A stretch of DNA of 64,000 bases from Vicugna vicugna (taxonomy: Eukaryota): contig MU058781.1 in NCBI GenBank assembly GCA_013265495.1, positions 6,414,522-6,478,521 of the forward strand. The letters are read 5' to 3'. The notes beneath the pieces are model-generated. The model searched no databases. It worked only from the letters and a program-made list of their open reading frames with translations, and had not been told where the DNA came from. A program made the translations under genes and the position numbers. Below, in pieces: positions 1 to 12,529 of the stretch. The stretch's first letter is position 1; every line of letters starts with the position of its first letter.

Positions 1-1111
1 CAAGCCCAAAGGATCTGTATGTCTTTCACATGCTCCAAATGGCAGAGACCTCCCCGAAATGACTTGCACAGAGAATTCTGCATCTAGATGTCATATAGGC
101 TTCGTAGCAGGAATCTCCCTTCTTACAGTCTTAGCCAGTTACAATAGAATTATTAGAGGAGGAAATACCTTAGAATTCATCCATCCCAAGATACACCCCC
201 TTTTCTTTGTCTTTCTGCCTGCCTTCCTTTCTTCCTCCCTCCCTCCTACCCACCTCCTCCTTCCATCCCTCTCCTTTCTTTTCTTCCTTTCTACCTGTCT
301 TTCTCACTTTCTAGAGAGGTTAGGTGATGTAGGTGATGTGTTGAATACGACATCATGCTTCTGTGGCAGGACCAGGAATCTGGTCTCCAAAGTCTCCATC
401 CGTTGTACTGGGAGATGCCTGGTTTTGACCCCCTTGGCTGCCGGGTCTCCCACTGCCTTTGTAGGCACCTGGATCACTAGTAAGAAGCGATGGCATTTGT
501 CTGCCACCTCTTCCTGCCCACTGCACACTACAGCTCTTACCACCCCCCGCTGGTAAATTTCCACAATATGTGAGAAGGTCATAACAGTGGCTGGCTGAGG
601 CCCGAGGGATGAGAAGACGGTGGAACATCACTGTAACTCATGTCTTTCATGTGTCTCCTCAGAGAAGGGCTGAATGAGGCAACAGGGAGAACTGTGACCT
701 CCAGGACAGATGAGCTGTGTCCCTCAGGGGTCTTCACTTCTCCCCCATCACACTAGCGTGGTCTCCGCCTGGTCATCACTCACTGTGCTATTGACACAAA
801 CTTTGCAGAATTCGGAAAGGTCCCAGATAGATCGTCTCTGTTATCATTTCTTCCCGAGAACATGGAGAATTTTTATTCTCAGCATTAAACACGTATTTTG
901 CTATTCAACATATGCCTTGACTCACAGCCCATTCCTGCTAAGTAACTCGCCTTAGTTGGACATCCTTGCGACTGCTTTTTAACTTAAGGATGTTTGCTAT
1001 TAGAACATCTAATCCCTGTCTTTTTCCTTGAACATTCTAGTTTTCATAGCACATTTAGAGCCTTGGGGAGGCTCTAAATAAGGAGCTGGACTTGGAACCT
1101 AAGCATCTCTT

Positions 1112-1262
1112 GGGGGGAAGGTATAGCTCCATGGTAGAGTGCCTGCCTAGCATGCATGAGGTCCTGGGTTCAATCCCCACTATCTCCACTAAAAAAACAA
1201 ATAAACCTAATTACCCCTCCCCCCCAAATAAAAACAAAAAAACAAAAAATGCCTTAAAAAGA
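1112..1262 (+). mobile_element. tRNA-Ala-derived SINE (vic-1-like, camelid)
   Basis: GGGGGAAGGTATAGCTCCATGGTAGAG (A box), GGTTCAATCCC (B box), shared AATAAACCTAATTACC motif, C-run and A-rich tail. Confidence 0.88.
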
Positions 1263-2140
1263 AAACTAAGAAACATTACTGTTCCTTAATTTAATAGGAG
1301 ATGTCTAAACATCTCTTGAAGGACCACCAGGCAGCACTACACACCAGGACCTCCCTGTTTACTCCACCAAAAATAAAATATGTCACCTAAATATTTTGCT
1401 GAAACAATGAAGTAGTTCTGTGAATCTCTCAGGTTAAGATGATGCCTGCCTTTTTTCCTCCTGAATAGGAAATACTTTTGGGGGAAATTTTTGCCTCAGT
1501 GCTTTTCTTTCTGCTTCTTAAAGGAAATCTTTTAAGGAAACCTGTGGAACATCAGTCCTAATTACCCCTTTCTGTTCTGCGTTCACTGGCGTAAGCAAAA
1601 TGGGAACGTCCAAGAATGCAGGGATGAGCTCTTAAGCATGATCAGGCTGCCGTAGTTGGGGGTAAGCTGTGTCGCCCACCGGCTGGCCCCTCTGGTCCAG
1701 TACCCGGGGGCAGGGTAGATTATTGAGTCACACAGGAATGGCGTTGGTCTACATAAAAACGTAACAAGAATCTGCAACGTCGTCCATGTCAGAAGCTCCT
1801 GAATGTGACCAGCGACCTTTCTCCAAAGATTTTTTTCCCCTTAGAAATACCCTTTCAGAAGATTATTTCCATGTCAGAATTTCATCATGTTACCTAATAC
1901 CACAAAATATAGGTCCTTTTTTATTTCTCTTGCCTTTTTCTTTTTTTTCCCCCTGTCTTTCCTTCTTTCTAAAACTATGCCAACAACAGGAACATTTGTT
2001 GTTTTCTATCTAGACTTCAGGATAATTTAATTGTTTGCCTGGAGGCTGCTTCAGCATCTGAAAATTAATACTTTGTCCAAAAGTAATGACCTGATTTCAT
2101 TTAGATTATCTTGTTATTTCTGTTCAAGCAACCATTCCTA

Positions 2141-2143
<3 letters not shown>

Positions 2144-2178
<35 letters not shown>

Positions 2179-2212
2179 GGCGCACACACACAGACATGCC
2201 CGTACACACACA
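2144..2212. repeat. (CA)n microsatellite with imperfect extension
   Basis: Direct reading: acacacacac... followed by interrupted CA units. Confidence 0.95.
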
Positions 2213-3640
2213 AATATCCACCGTTCATCTAAGAATTCTTTATAATGTTTTATTCGCTACATATAAGAAAAAACAATCTTGGTCAAATATGTGGGGGTGA
2301 TGGAGGACAAAAGTCATTCTAATCGTAGGAAATGTGTTTGCAGATTTGTTAGTGTGCATAAGGCAAATACAAAATGCGCCTTTTTTACCTTTAGTATATT
2401 TTTCCCTTTCCAGTTGTATTTAGATTATGGTTTAACATTGTAAGTTTTAAAACATGACAGTTTATACATTTTATAATACATTACAAGCCAGTTCTTTTTA
2501 ATATATCAAGTGTAAGATGTTTTGGTGACGTAAAAAAAGTGGTGTCTTCAATGAATTAATAATTTATCACTTATAAGTATTTGTGAAAGAAATCCTTTCC
2601 CTTTCAGAAAACACTTCGCAAAATAAGTATGTTCAAAAGGCAAGGTACTTGGAGTGCTGATGGTTGACTTTCAGTTGTTTTGGTTAAAACAGCTTACCAT
2701 CCAAAAAAGGTAGTATGCTTTATCCCTTTGGGCCCACCTGTCGAGTGTTGGGGTCTGTTTCAAAGTTCCAGGAGTAGGCTGTTTTCCTCTGGTCCTCTCA
2801 GTGTCCAGCACTGTGCCCATAGTAAGCAACTGATAAATGTTTGCTAAATTAATGGATGAAAATGAATGTGGAAATAAATAGAAGCAAATCCTTAACAAAT
2901 CATTGAATCAATGGATGGATGAATGTACTATGGCTGACAATTTGGATCAAGCAATATCCTAGACTAGGAGATAAAAGAAAATCTAGGCCAGGTTTTATGT
3001 AATGAATTAGCAAGTGAAGTATTGAGAAACATAGATTCTATAGATTATTGTTCATCACTTGTGCACGCGTGCGCGCACACACACACGCACACACACAGTC
3101 CTGATTTTACCGTAGCCCTGACCATGTATCTAGTACCTCCCTCATTCCTTTCATTCTCATTCCTGTTTTGTAGTTGAGGAGAGTGAGCCATTGAAAGACT
3201 AGAGCTCTAAGGCAGCTTAAGAAAGCTAGATGAGAATTCATAAGTAACAGGAAAATCTATCAATATATTGACTTGTGGTCCAATAGAAATCCCACGAGCT
3301 CCAGCTGAGATAGGATATTTTTGTGAACCTTAATGGAATTATTTTAAGCTGAAGGTCAGATTTAGAAAAGAAGTAGGGTTTTATTTGCTTTGTCTGTTTG
3401 GATTGGGTCTTGGTGTGTCACTTTCCCCTTCGATTGTTAACATTAAAATGATAGAAATCAGGCAAGAAGTAACTTTACAGTCTGAAGGGGCCAGTTGGAA
3501 AACTGAATTTTTGTCCAGAACTTCATGGACATGTTTCCAGTAATCAGCTCTCTCTGGTTTCAAGAGTCCTTATAGTTACAGAATTTTAAATATCTGAGTA
3601 AAAAGTGAAAAATTCAGTAGATTGTCTCAATATGTCCAAT

Positions 3641-4330
3641 AGAGACAGTCCCAAACTTTTTTTTTAATTGAAATATAGTCAGTTAACAGTGTGTCAGTTT
3701 CTGGTATACAGCGTAATGTTTCAGTCATACATATACATACATATATTTGTTTTCATATTCTTTTTCATTGTAGATTACTACAAGATACTGAATAGAGTTC
3801 CCTGTGCTGTACAGAAGAAACTTGTTTATCTATTTTATCTATGCTAGTTAACCGTTGCAAATCTCAAACTCCCATTTTATCCCTTCCTACTCCTTTTCCT
3901 CTCGGTGACCATAAGATTGTTTACTATGTCTGTGAGTCTGTTTCTGTTTTGTAGATAAATTCAGTAGTGTTTTCTTTTTTCTTTTTTAGATTCCACATAT
4001 GAGTGGTATCATATGGCATTTTTCCTTCTCTTTCTGGCTTACTTCACTTAGAATAATGAAAAACCCAAACTTTTAAATGGGGACTCCTACCGCAAAGTTC
4101 ATTTGTAAACTAGTCCTTAGAAACTTGGAAGACATTTGCCCATAGACCTAATGGAAACAATAGGTGGCTCATTTCCTATGCAAAGATGCAGGAGAGTATT
4201 ACTCATGTGTGGTACACAGACCACCACCATCCACAAATCCCGCTGAAGGTCTGTCATGAGACAAGGATGAAAATTCTAAGACATTGAGAACTATTATAAC
4301 AATCCAACAGAGTAGTTTTAGGTGTTCAAA
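3641..4330. mobile_element. Old Tigger-like (TcMar) DNA transposon fragment interrupted by the L1 above
   Basis: Removing the L1 rejoins gacagtcccaaactttt-aaatgggga...catttgcccatagacctaatg, which resembles the Tigger15-type left end as I recall it. Right boundary is uncertain. Confidence 0.35.
3661..4063 (-). mobile_element. 5'-truncated L1 3' end (lineage-specific)
   Basis: Poly-T start, L1 3'UTR motifs (ttagattccacatatgagtg...cttacttcacttagaat), TSD cccaaactttt at 3650-3660 / 4064-4074. Confidence 0.85.
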
Positions 4331-5394
4331 ATCTGGTAATTTAAAAAGTTTGTGCTTGTGTTTTGTGTGTCTGGTTTTTTTGTTTATTTTACTAAAGTAT
4401 CAGCCTATGACAGATGAGAAATTCGAAAAAAAATCTTCACCAAAGACTTTTTGAGCAGCACTATGTAATGCAAAATGCCAGGAAAAACTCTTCCACTATG
4501 CTCTTAGTTAAATGAAGGAGGAAAACAGTAACATTAAGTGAAAAACAGTCATTTCTTATGAATGCTGATACCTGGGCGAGTGTGAATTTAATTAGAGAAA
4601 GACAAACAGGGACTTCTATGCAGATTATGCATCTTTCAGCTGATGTTGGGCCTGATTTCTCTCTTTTGTACCAGGCATAGGATTTTTCTTTCCCTTTATA
4701 TGAGTGTCTAATTACACTCCTTTGATTATAAAGATAACTTTGGCATTCAGAAATGGAAGCAAAAGGCAGGGAAAGAGATTTTGAGGATAGCTGAGCAGGA
4801 ACTGAAAGAAAAGAGGGTAAAGAGGTGATAGATACACTTAAGAAAGATTTGCCTTATTAAAAATAAAGTCTGGAAAGATACTTCTTGAATCTGACAGTGG
4901 TCATTTTTAGAGGCTAAATTTACTGAAAGCTTTTACTTCCTAAGCATCCATGTATTATGAACTTTTTATAACAACCATGTGTTGACTGGTCTCATCAGAA
5001 GAAGGGGAAAGGCATGTTTGGAACTTTAAGAAAAAAATCTTGGAATCAGAATTTTGGGAGGGAGTTCACTGAGCAGCAAAAGACACATAAGAAAATGTGG
5101 GCACCAAGTGGTGTTGATCCCACACAGCCTGGCTGCAGGGTCACCTCGTAGTCAGGGTCCAAGCTGCCTGGAAATCCATAGAGAGTTGGGGATCCAGTAT
5201 TCAGTAAGGACTTTCATGGGTTGAGTGTTCGTAGTAAGATCTCAGTGTAGATGGATTGCTGCTGGGTCTGTATGGTTGATGAATGAACAAAATCTGGTTT
5301 ATAGCTAAATTTTACAGTTACTAGAGATCAACTTCATTTCCCTGCCTCATTTAAATATTCTGTATTCATAAGAGAGGCAACTGTAAAGAAGTGG

Positions 5395-5635
5395 AAAGAG
5401 AGCTAGCACTTACGGAGGACCCGCTATGTCAGGTACTTTGCATGGCCACCAACAAATGTTGCTTCACCTGACCCTTAGGGGAACCCTTTAAGGTAACATT
5501 CGAGATAATGAAGCCAGGCTTCAGAAAGATTGAGTAGCTTGCTTATGGCCATGCATCTAGTAATGGGTAGAGCTGGGTTCTATCTCAGGTCTGTCTAAAG
5601 ATCTAAGGTCACAGTTTCTCTACTGCACCACGCTG
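5395..5635 (-). mobile_element. MIR SINE
   Basis: aggcttcagaaagattgagtagcttgcttatggccatgcatctagtaatgggtagagctggg is a degenerate MIR core. Confidence 0.55.
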
Positions 5636-5880
5636 CTTTCCAGTAATTTCAGTCATTCGTTATTTAGTGGTAGTTACTGAGCTTCTGGTGTAATAAAGGT
5701 GCGTCTGTGTAGGTACCCAATGGCTTAGTCTTCAAGGGCCTATTACCTACTCGGAGACACAAGGCTTACATACACATGCATGGAAGTTGAATGAGAGTAT
5801 GGCTTAAATAACACAAAGTGAAAGGACGGTGCTTAGCATTACAGTGCATTCTAGAATAAGGAGTACTTGTTGCCTCTAAC

Positions 5881-6014
5881 TTTTTTTTAATTCTTATTTT
5901 TTATTGAAGTGTAGTTGATTTATAGTTAGTTCCAGGTGTACAGCAAAGCAATTCAGTTATTCATATACATACATATATTTTCAGATTCTTTTCCATTATA
6001 CCTTATTACAAAAA
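5881..6014 (-). mobile_element. Short L1 3'-end fragment
   Basis: tttttattgaagtgtagttgattt...ggtgtacagcaaag; TSD cctctaactttt / cctctaattttt. Confidence 0.8.
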
Positions 6015-6690
6015 CCTCTAATTTTTCTGAGTGGTCTTAGAGCAGCCAAGTGTCCTTCACTTGTGTAGACCCAAGATTCCTCAACCATAAAGCAGTTCTG
6101 GCTTCCTGAGTCAAAAGATTTGGTTTAAACATGTTGATAAAATGCTTTAGATTCCTTAAGTGTTAGAAAAGCAAGTTCGAGAATTTGGAGAGGGGCCAGT
6201 GTGCCAAGTGTTTTGTAGCTACACACTGATTGAATTTGAAAATGAAGTTAATTTTAGAGAATAGTTTTGTTCAGATTATAAACTTGTAACAATGTTCATA
6301 CCTGTCAGAAAAACAAACAGATTTAAGCATACAATGGCATTTTTTTCTATTGTGATGCCTTGAGAAATACTGCTTTTAATTCTTTCAAACGTTTGATTTT
6401 TAAAATATAGTTTGCAACAATTAATTATTTAAAAAAGTTCTTTGTTGGGCTTTGACAATTACAGCATTTGATTTTATATTATAGATTTTTGCAAACTTTT
6501 CTGCACATTCCATTCTTGTGACCTGCTTGTTTAACTTAGACCATGTGTTCTGGACCTCCTTCCATGTCAGTAAGTGGAAGTCTATACTGTCATTTTTAAT
6601 GACTGCAAAGTATGGTTACACCATAATTGATTTAAATAATGAAAATCATTATAGGGGAAGTAATACATTCAAGAAGGCAAAGCCCAGATG

Positions 6691-6778
6691 AGGGTGGGAC
6701 GAGTGAGGCCCTGGGAGGTGTGACTTGGAGAGGCATAACACCTGCGCTCCCTGCCAGCCTCACATGGTCCCATCCCTG
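6691..6778. mobile_element. Small MITE with terminal inverted repeats (MER91/hAT-Tip100-like) inside an old L1ME-like fragment
   Basis: agggtgggacgagtgaggc (6691-6709) pairs imperfectly with gcctcacatggtcccatccct (6757-6777). GC-rich island in AT-rich L1-like sequence. Confidence 0.45.
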
Positions 6779-9004
6779 CAATGATCGTCATCTAGTGGTA
6801 TTTATAATCATTTTAAAAACTTAGTGACATTTGACTTATTTTCAGTGTTTCCTCTATTAGAAATGAAATTGCAGTGCATATCCTTGTGCAAATATTATTT
6901 TATAATTATACAATTGTTTTCTCAAGGAAAATTTCAAGCATTGGAAGTGCTAGGTCAATGGTAAATGCTCCCTAATATTTATCGTCCCTCCTACCCTTCC
7001 TTACCCCTCTCAGTGTCTAAAAGTGCTTTAGGCTGTTTGGTGATAATTACAAACTAGGAAAATAAGACTTTTAAGGACACAATGCATGATTTGAATGCAC
7101 ATTAATATTCATGGTATTAATTATTTAAAAATACTTTGGCCTCTGTTGGATAAGCAAGAAGATAAAAACAAAGCTATACGTCCCCCTGTAAGTCATCCTT
7201 TTTGCAAAAGAAAACCATTTATCAGTTCTACCTTGTATCTATTTGACATGCCAAGAAGGTTGTTTAAATTGCTTCTTTAGGGGTAGGTATGACATGTTCT
7301 AGATGGAGTTGGTTGGATGCTACTTTAATGGAAACCAGTAATGCAGCTGAGATATGTAACAAGATTTTAGGCAGGAGGGTAGAAAGGACACACTGGAGCT
7401 GTTCCTTAGTGTCAGAACTGTGCAACGTGGCTGATGTAAATACTTATGTGAGCTGGAAGTTGCCAAGGCAACAGTCCTATTAATGAAAAATGAACCTCTT
7501 TTATTATCAATGCCTGGATGATTATTTTTTTTTATAAAATGTGCCTAGTAGTCTCACATTGACATTTTCAGTCTACCTACTCATCTTTCCTTTCTAGGCT
7601 GCAAAACTATTTAGCTGTATTCAATAGACATGCATCCTTTCTCAGCCAATGAAAGTGGAATCATTGAAAAAAAACCCAGTCAACTGTAAGGGCAGTAAAA
7701 ATACTAATTTATAACAATTACCTAATATAAAATTATTGCCCTTTGAATATATGCTTTGGCTAAGGCAGAGCCTGAAATTGAAATTGACTGGGACTTGGTC
7801 GGTATTTGGCCAGAGTCTTTACATTAGCTTGTCTTTATGATTTAATGGAGCACTGCCAACATATTTATAAGTAAGTGGAGTGTGACATTACTGCTTCCTT
7901 CCCCTGGTCTGACTGTAAATTTAGACTCCATTTTATTGTATGCACACTGGATACTTAAAAAAAAAAACTGTGCTTGAATTGTAGACTTTAGGGAACCCTA
8001 TTGTCTTGAAGAGCCAGAAGGCCATGGTAAGGGGGAAGAGGGTTAGAAATGACTGGGTACCCAGCATTGTACTCCCTGGGTCCTTGAGAGAAGGAAATCT
8101 TCTCTTCAAAAAGAATACATTCCCTTTCTTGTGAGAATACTTCTTGTGTTTTGTCAAGATAACCTTCCCATGGGAAAACTTACCTTTGATCATGGTTATC
8201 AGCAATCCATTCCTTTTGAAATTGGGTATCTGTTGTCTGTTCTACACAACTAGCATCTTGTTGCTTATTGCTCACAGTCACTGATCATTCTCTGTGTACA
8301 CAACTTGTTTCCCCTGTAGAGTCCCCATTTTGTTTGTTTTATAAAACAGATGACAAGTCTCTTTAAAAGAAACAGAAGTACAGTACTTATACAATTCTGT
8401 TAGTTTGGATTTCTGTTTTAATCTATAATAGTCATACAGTTATCTGATTTTGCCTTCATTAATAACGCTGTTAGTTTACTCACCAAAAAAAAAATATATA
8501 TATATATATATGCACGCACACACACACACCTCTTAGCACCTAGCCACGTAGAAGGTACTCAGAAACTACCTTCTGGTTGCGAAATTAAATAATAAATTTC
8601 TATTTTATTCAGTCATATCTTTTAAATAATTATTTCTGATAATAAAGTTTAAATGTTTGATGAAAAATTTGACCATAAATATATGAAGAGGAAAATAAAA
8701 CCACTCATAATCCCACTACTTGGGGTAACTACCGTTGACATCATGGCATATTTATTTCATCAAGACATTGCTCAAAGTCTTGTTTCCTCCTTGATAAGAT
8801 AGACTTAACCCTGATCTGTGCAGGCTGTCTGTATAAGGACAAGTGACCCATGCCAAGCAGGGTTCAAGTGGTCCAGGGGGATATTAAGATGCTGATTGAC
8901 ATCAGGGGGACAATTGTAGTTCAGGCGAAACTTGGCCGTTTTCCTTTGTCACTTTGGCAATTCCAGGGTCAAGAACAAGTAGCAATCAATCTGATTTTTC
9001 ATTT

Positions 9005-9128
9005 TTTTTTTATTGAAGTATAATCAGTTTACAACGTTGTGTTAGTCTCTGGTGTACAGCATAGTGATTCAGTTATACATATATATATATATTCCTTTCC
9101 ATATTCTTTTCCATTATAGGCTATTACA
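9005..9128 (-). mobile_element. Short L1 3'-end fragment
   Basis: ttttattgaagtataatcagtttacaacgttgtgttag; TSD tgatttttcattt / tgatttctcattt. Confidence 0.82.
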
Positions 9129-9859
9129 TGATTTCTCATTTCTTAACATATCTTTAGACTACATTACTGACAAAACAGATTTTACCCTCAGAACAAGTTT
9201 TAGCACCAGCAGATGTACAGGGTTTTTTTTGTTGTTGTTGTTAATAGTAATCCTGGCTTGCTTCTTTGCGCCTTTTCCTGTTGGCACATTGGGAAGAGAG
9301 AGCCGCTTCCCAGAGTTATGCAAAATAGGCAAAAGTCCATGGGAACTAAAGAAGTCATGGTTAAGAGACGCTGTGTACTTGTATGTTTTATTCTTGGCAG
9401 TGACGGCATAAAGGGGCAGTTTGGATGTTGCTTTAGTCCCCTCCAACCAGCCTCAGATAAATATGATAAAAATAACGATAATAAGCACAAAGAATAAAGT
9501 CTCATGTAGTGAGGATAAAAGCATCTTTAGAGAACTTTGCTATTTTTAACAAATAGAAACAACCCAAGTAAAAATAGAATGTTTATCATGGAATCTCTTA
9601 GTGACCCCGTATCATCACAGTCCCACCATCCTTTCCACAAGATAGCTGCCCCTAAGCCCCTCTCACATAGGAGTTCATAACACCTCTGCATATTCATAAC
9701 TGTACACCTCCCCCCCCCTTTTATCCACAATCCTACATACATCCGTCAGAAGGCAGGTTACGGGGAAATGCTCTGTCACCAAAAGGATGAAACTGGGATG
9801 GGAGTTCCAAAATTGAAGCAGAATAAATTTTTTTCTCGTTTAAAAAAGAGATGGAGAAA

Positions 9860-12060
9860 GGACTTCCAGTTTCTCGTCCTGCATCTAAGGAGCTTGGAAG
9901 TCACCGCTTCATCCTGACAACAAGTAAAAAGCTGAATATACTGAAAAAGCAACTCCTCTTGGGTCCATTAGAGAGGGCACATGGTAAAGTGCTGTCTCCA
10001 AGATCAAGGAGACTGGTGAAGACAGATCATGGGAGCAGAGACTCATAAGTGGAACTATCAAGGGAACCAGTGCTGGGGTAGGAAAACCTGAACTGCAATT
10101 GACAAATTATTGGAAGCTCAGTGCAGACAACTTTGGGGGTTCAGAACTCCAAGGGAACCCAGTCATAGGGGGGCCCCACAATATTGTGAGATTTACCTCC
10201 AGGAGCTCAAGGAGGTTCCCACAGTAAATACTGGAAAGAGTCCCCTTGGGCTTCTGGCAAGGGGAGGGTGAAAGGAAGCATTTTGAAATAAGCCAGAGCA
10301 CTCTGTTCTTAGCAAGATCTGCCCTCAGGGGAAGCTAGTTAAGCACAGCCTAATGTGATAGGGTTTATTGTCAGGACCTAACTGGCTTGGAAAAGGGAAA
10401 TACTCAGCTCCAGCTGGCTCTAGTCTTTCACATGGGGAAGAGAAGTATCCAAGCCCAGCTCACTGTAGCCATCCTGTCCCACATAATGGGAGGGGCGGGG
10501 GGAAGAAGAGTGAGAAACGCTTATGAGGTTCATACTTCAGAGACATAGGCTCAGTGAAATACTGAGACCCAGTCATAGGACTAAAGTGTGCTTTCTCTCC
10601 TCTCATGCCTCCCCACCACATGACTCTCAAGTCCTACTTACAGTGGTTTCTTTTACCTTGATATCTGGACAGTACATCATGTCCAGATATCAAGAAAAAA
10701 ATTACAAGGCATACCAAATAGAAAAAGACACAAGTTGGAAAGACAAAGCAAACATCAGAACCAGACATGGCAGGGATGTTAAAATTATCAAACTGGGAAT
10801 TTAAAACAACTATGATTTGAGGGGAGGGTATAGCTTAAGTGGTAGAGCACATGCTTAGCATGCACGAGGTCCTGGGTTCAATCCCCAGTACCTCCTCTAA
10901 AAATAAAGAAATAAATAAACCTAATTACCTCCCTCTTCCCCTCCCCCCAAAAAAGGCTAAATAAATAAACCACTCTTCAAAAAATATATTGATGAATACA
11001 ATCAACTTCTAAAAAATTTTTTAAAAATAAAACAACTGTGATTTATACTCTAAGAGCAATAATGAATAAAGTAAAAAAGCATGCATGAATAGGCAAACGA
11101 TGTAAACAGAGAGGTGGAAATTCTAAGAAAGAACCAGGGAAATACTAGAGGTAAAAAACACTGTAACAGAAATGAAGAATGGCTTTGATAGGCTTGTTAG
11201 TAGACTGGACACAGCTGAGGAAGGAATCTCTGAGTTAGAGGATATATCAATAGAATCTTCATAATCCAAAAAACAAGGAGAACGAAGACTGGAAAAAAAG
11301 TCAGACTATCCAATGACTGTGGGACAACTATGAAGGTGTAACATCTGCATAATGGGAATACCAGAGGGAAAAAGAGAGAGGAACAGAAGATACTGAAACA
11401 ATTGTAACAGAATTTCCCCCCAAATTACGTCAGGCACCAAACCACAGACTCAAGAAGCTCAGAGAATACCAAGCAGAATAAATGCCAAAAAAGAACTACA
11501 CCTCAGCTTATCATTTTCAAATTACAGTAAATCAAAGATTAAAAAATCCTGAAAGAAGCTAGAGGAAAACAACACTTTACCTATAAAAGAACAAAGACAA
11601 GAGTTACATCGAACTTTTCCTCAGAAATCATGCAAGCAAAAAAGAGAATGGAGTGAAATATTTAGTGTTGAGGAAAAAAAAAAAACTTCCAACTTATAAT
11701 TCAGTACCCTGCAAAATTATTCTTCAAATGAAAGGATAAATAAAGACTTTATTGCCAGTAGATCTGCCTTGCCAGAAATGTTAAAATGAGTTTTTTAGAG
11801 AGAAGGAATGTAATATAGTTCAGAAACATGGATCTATAAAAAGAAAAGAAGAGCATCAAAGAAAGAATGTCTGAAGGTAAAATAAAAAAAAAATTTCATA
11901 TTCTTAATTGATCTAATAGATAATTTGCTCAAGGTAATAATAACAACAGTGTTCAATTATGTATGCTTATATACAACATATATATGCTTGCATATGCTTA
12001 TATACGTAAGTGAAGTGAATGAGAGCAGTGATATAGGGATAGAGGGGATTAAAATTATTT
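9860..12060 (+). mobile_element. Ancient L1 (L1MC/L1MD-like) 5'UTR plus degenerate ORF1 and inter-ORF region
   Basis: A-rich sense strand with ORF1-like motifs (aaacactgtaacagaaatgaagaatg; agactggacacagctgaggaaggaatctctgag; gtaccctgcaaaattattcttcaaa = YPAKLFFK). Multiple stops; interrupted by a SINE. Confidence 0.82.
10819..11027 (+). mobile_element. tRNA-Ala-derived SINE (vic-1-like) inserted into an old L1 ORF1
   Basis: A and B boxes and AATAAACCTAATTACC present. 17-bp TSD taaaacaactatgattt (10802-10818) / taaaacaactgtgattt (11028-11044), one mismatch. Confidence 0.92.
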
Positions 12061-12062
12061 TG

Positions 12063-12177
12063 TAAATGAATATATGTCTGTATCTGTATGACTGAAACAT
12101 TCTGCTGTACACCAGAAATTGGCACAACATTGTAAACTGACTATACTTCCATTTTTAAAAATGAAAAGAAAAAAAAA
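12063..12177 (+). mobile_element. Short L1 3'-end fragment with A tail
   Basis: gtatgactgaaacattctgctgtacaccagaaattggcacaacattgtaaactgactatacttc matches the terminal segment of the L1 copies at 15106-15692 and 3661-4063. Confidence 0.8.
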
Positions 12178-12529
12178 GACTATCTTGTTTTGTTGTTTGC
12201 ATTCAGAGATCAACAGGGCTTCCACAGGGAGCCAACTCTCTCCCGAGGAGATTAGATGGAAATAAGTCATATTTAGCTGGTGTCTGCTTGTCCTGAGTCT
12301 TGCTTTAAACCGATTACTGAAATTCATTCTCCTGTTCTCTCCCCTGGGAATGCAGAGCAAGATGGTCCACCTACCTACCTATACAAGAACCCCAATTGCC
12401 CAAGTGATAACTGATAAGAGTTCAAACAAAATGCATAGCCTTGATTCTTACCAAAGCTGTCCCCTTTCCTCTCTGTACACACGTGCTCACAGGCAGATGG
12501 ATGCGCATGTAACCCACAAAGGTCACTGA

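Noticed and set aside
59..556. Longest ORF in the track (165 aa) as a gene
   Set aside because: It runs through a CT-rich low-complexity tract, has no recognisable homology, and its length is compatible with chance.
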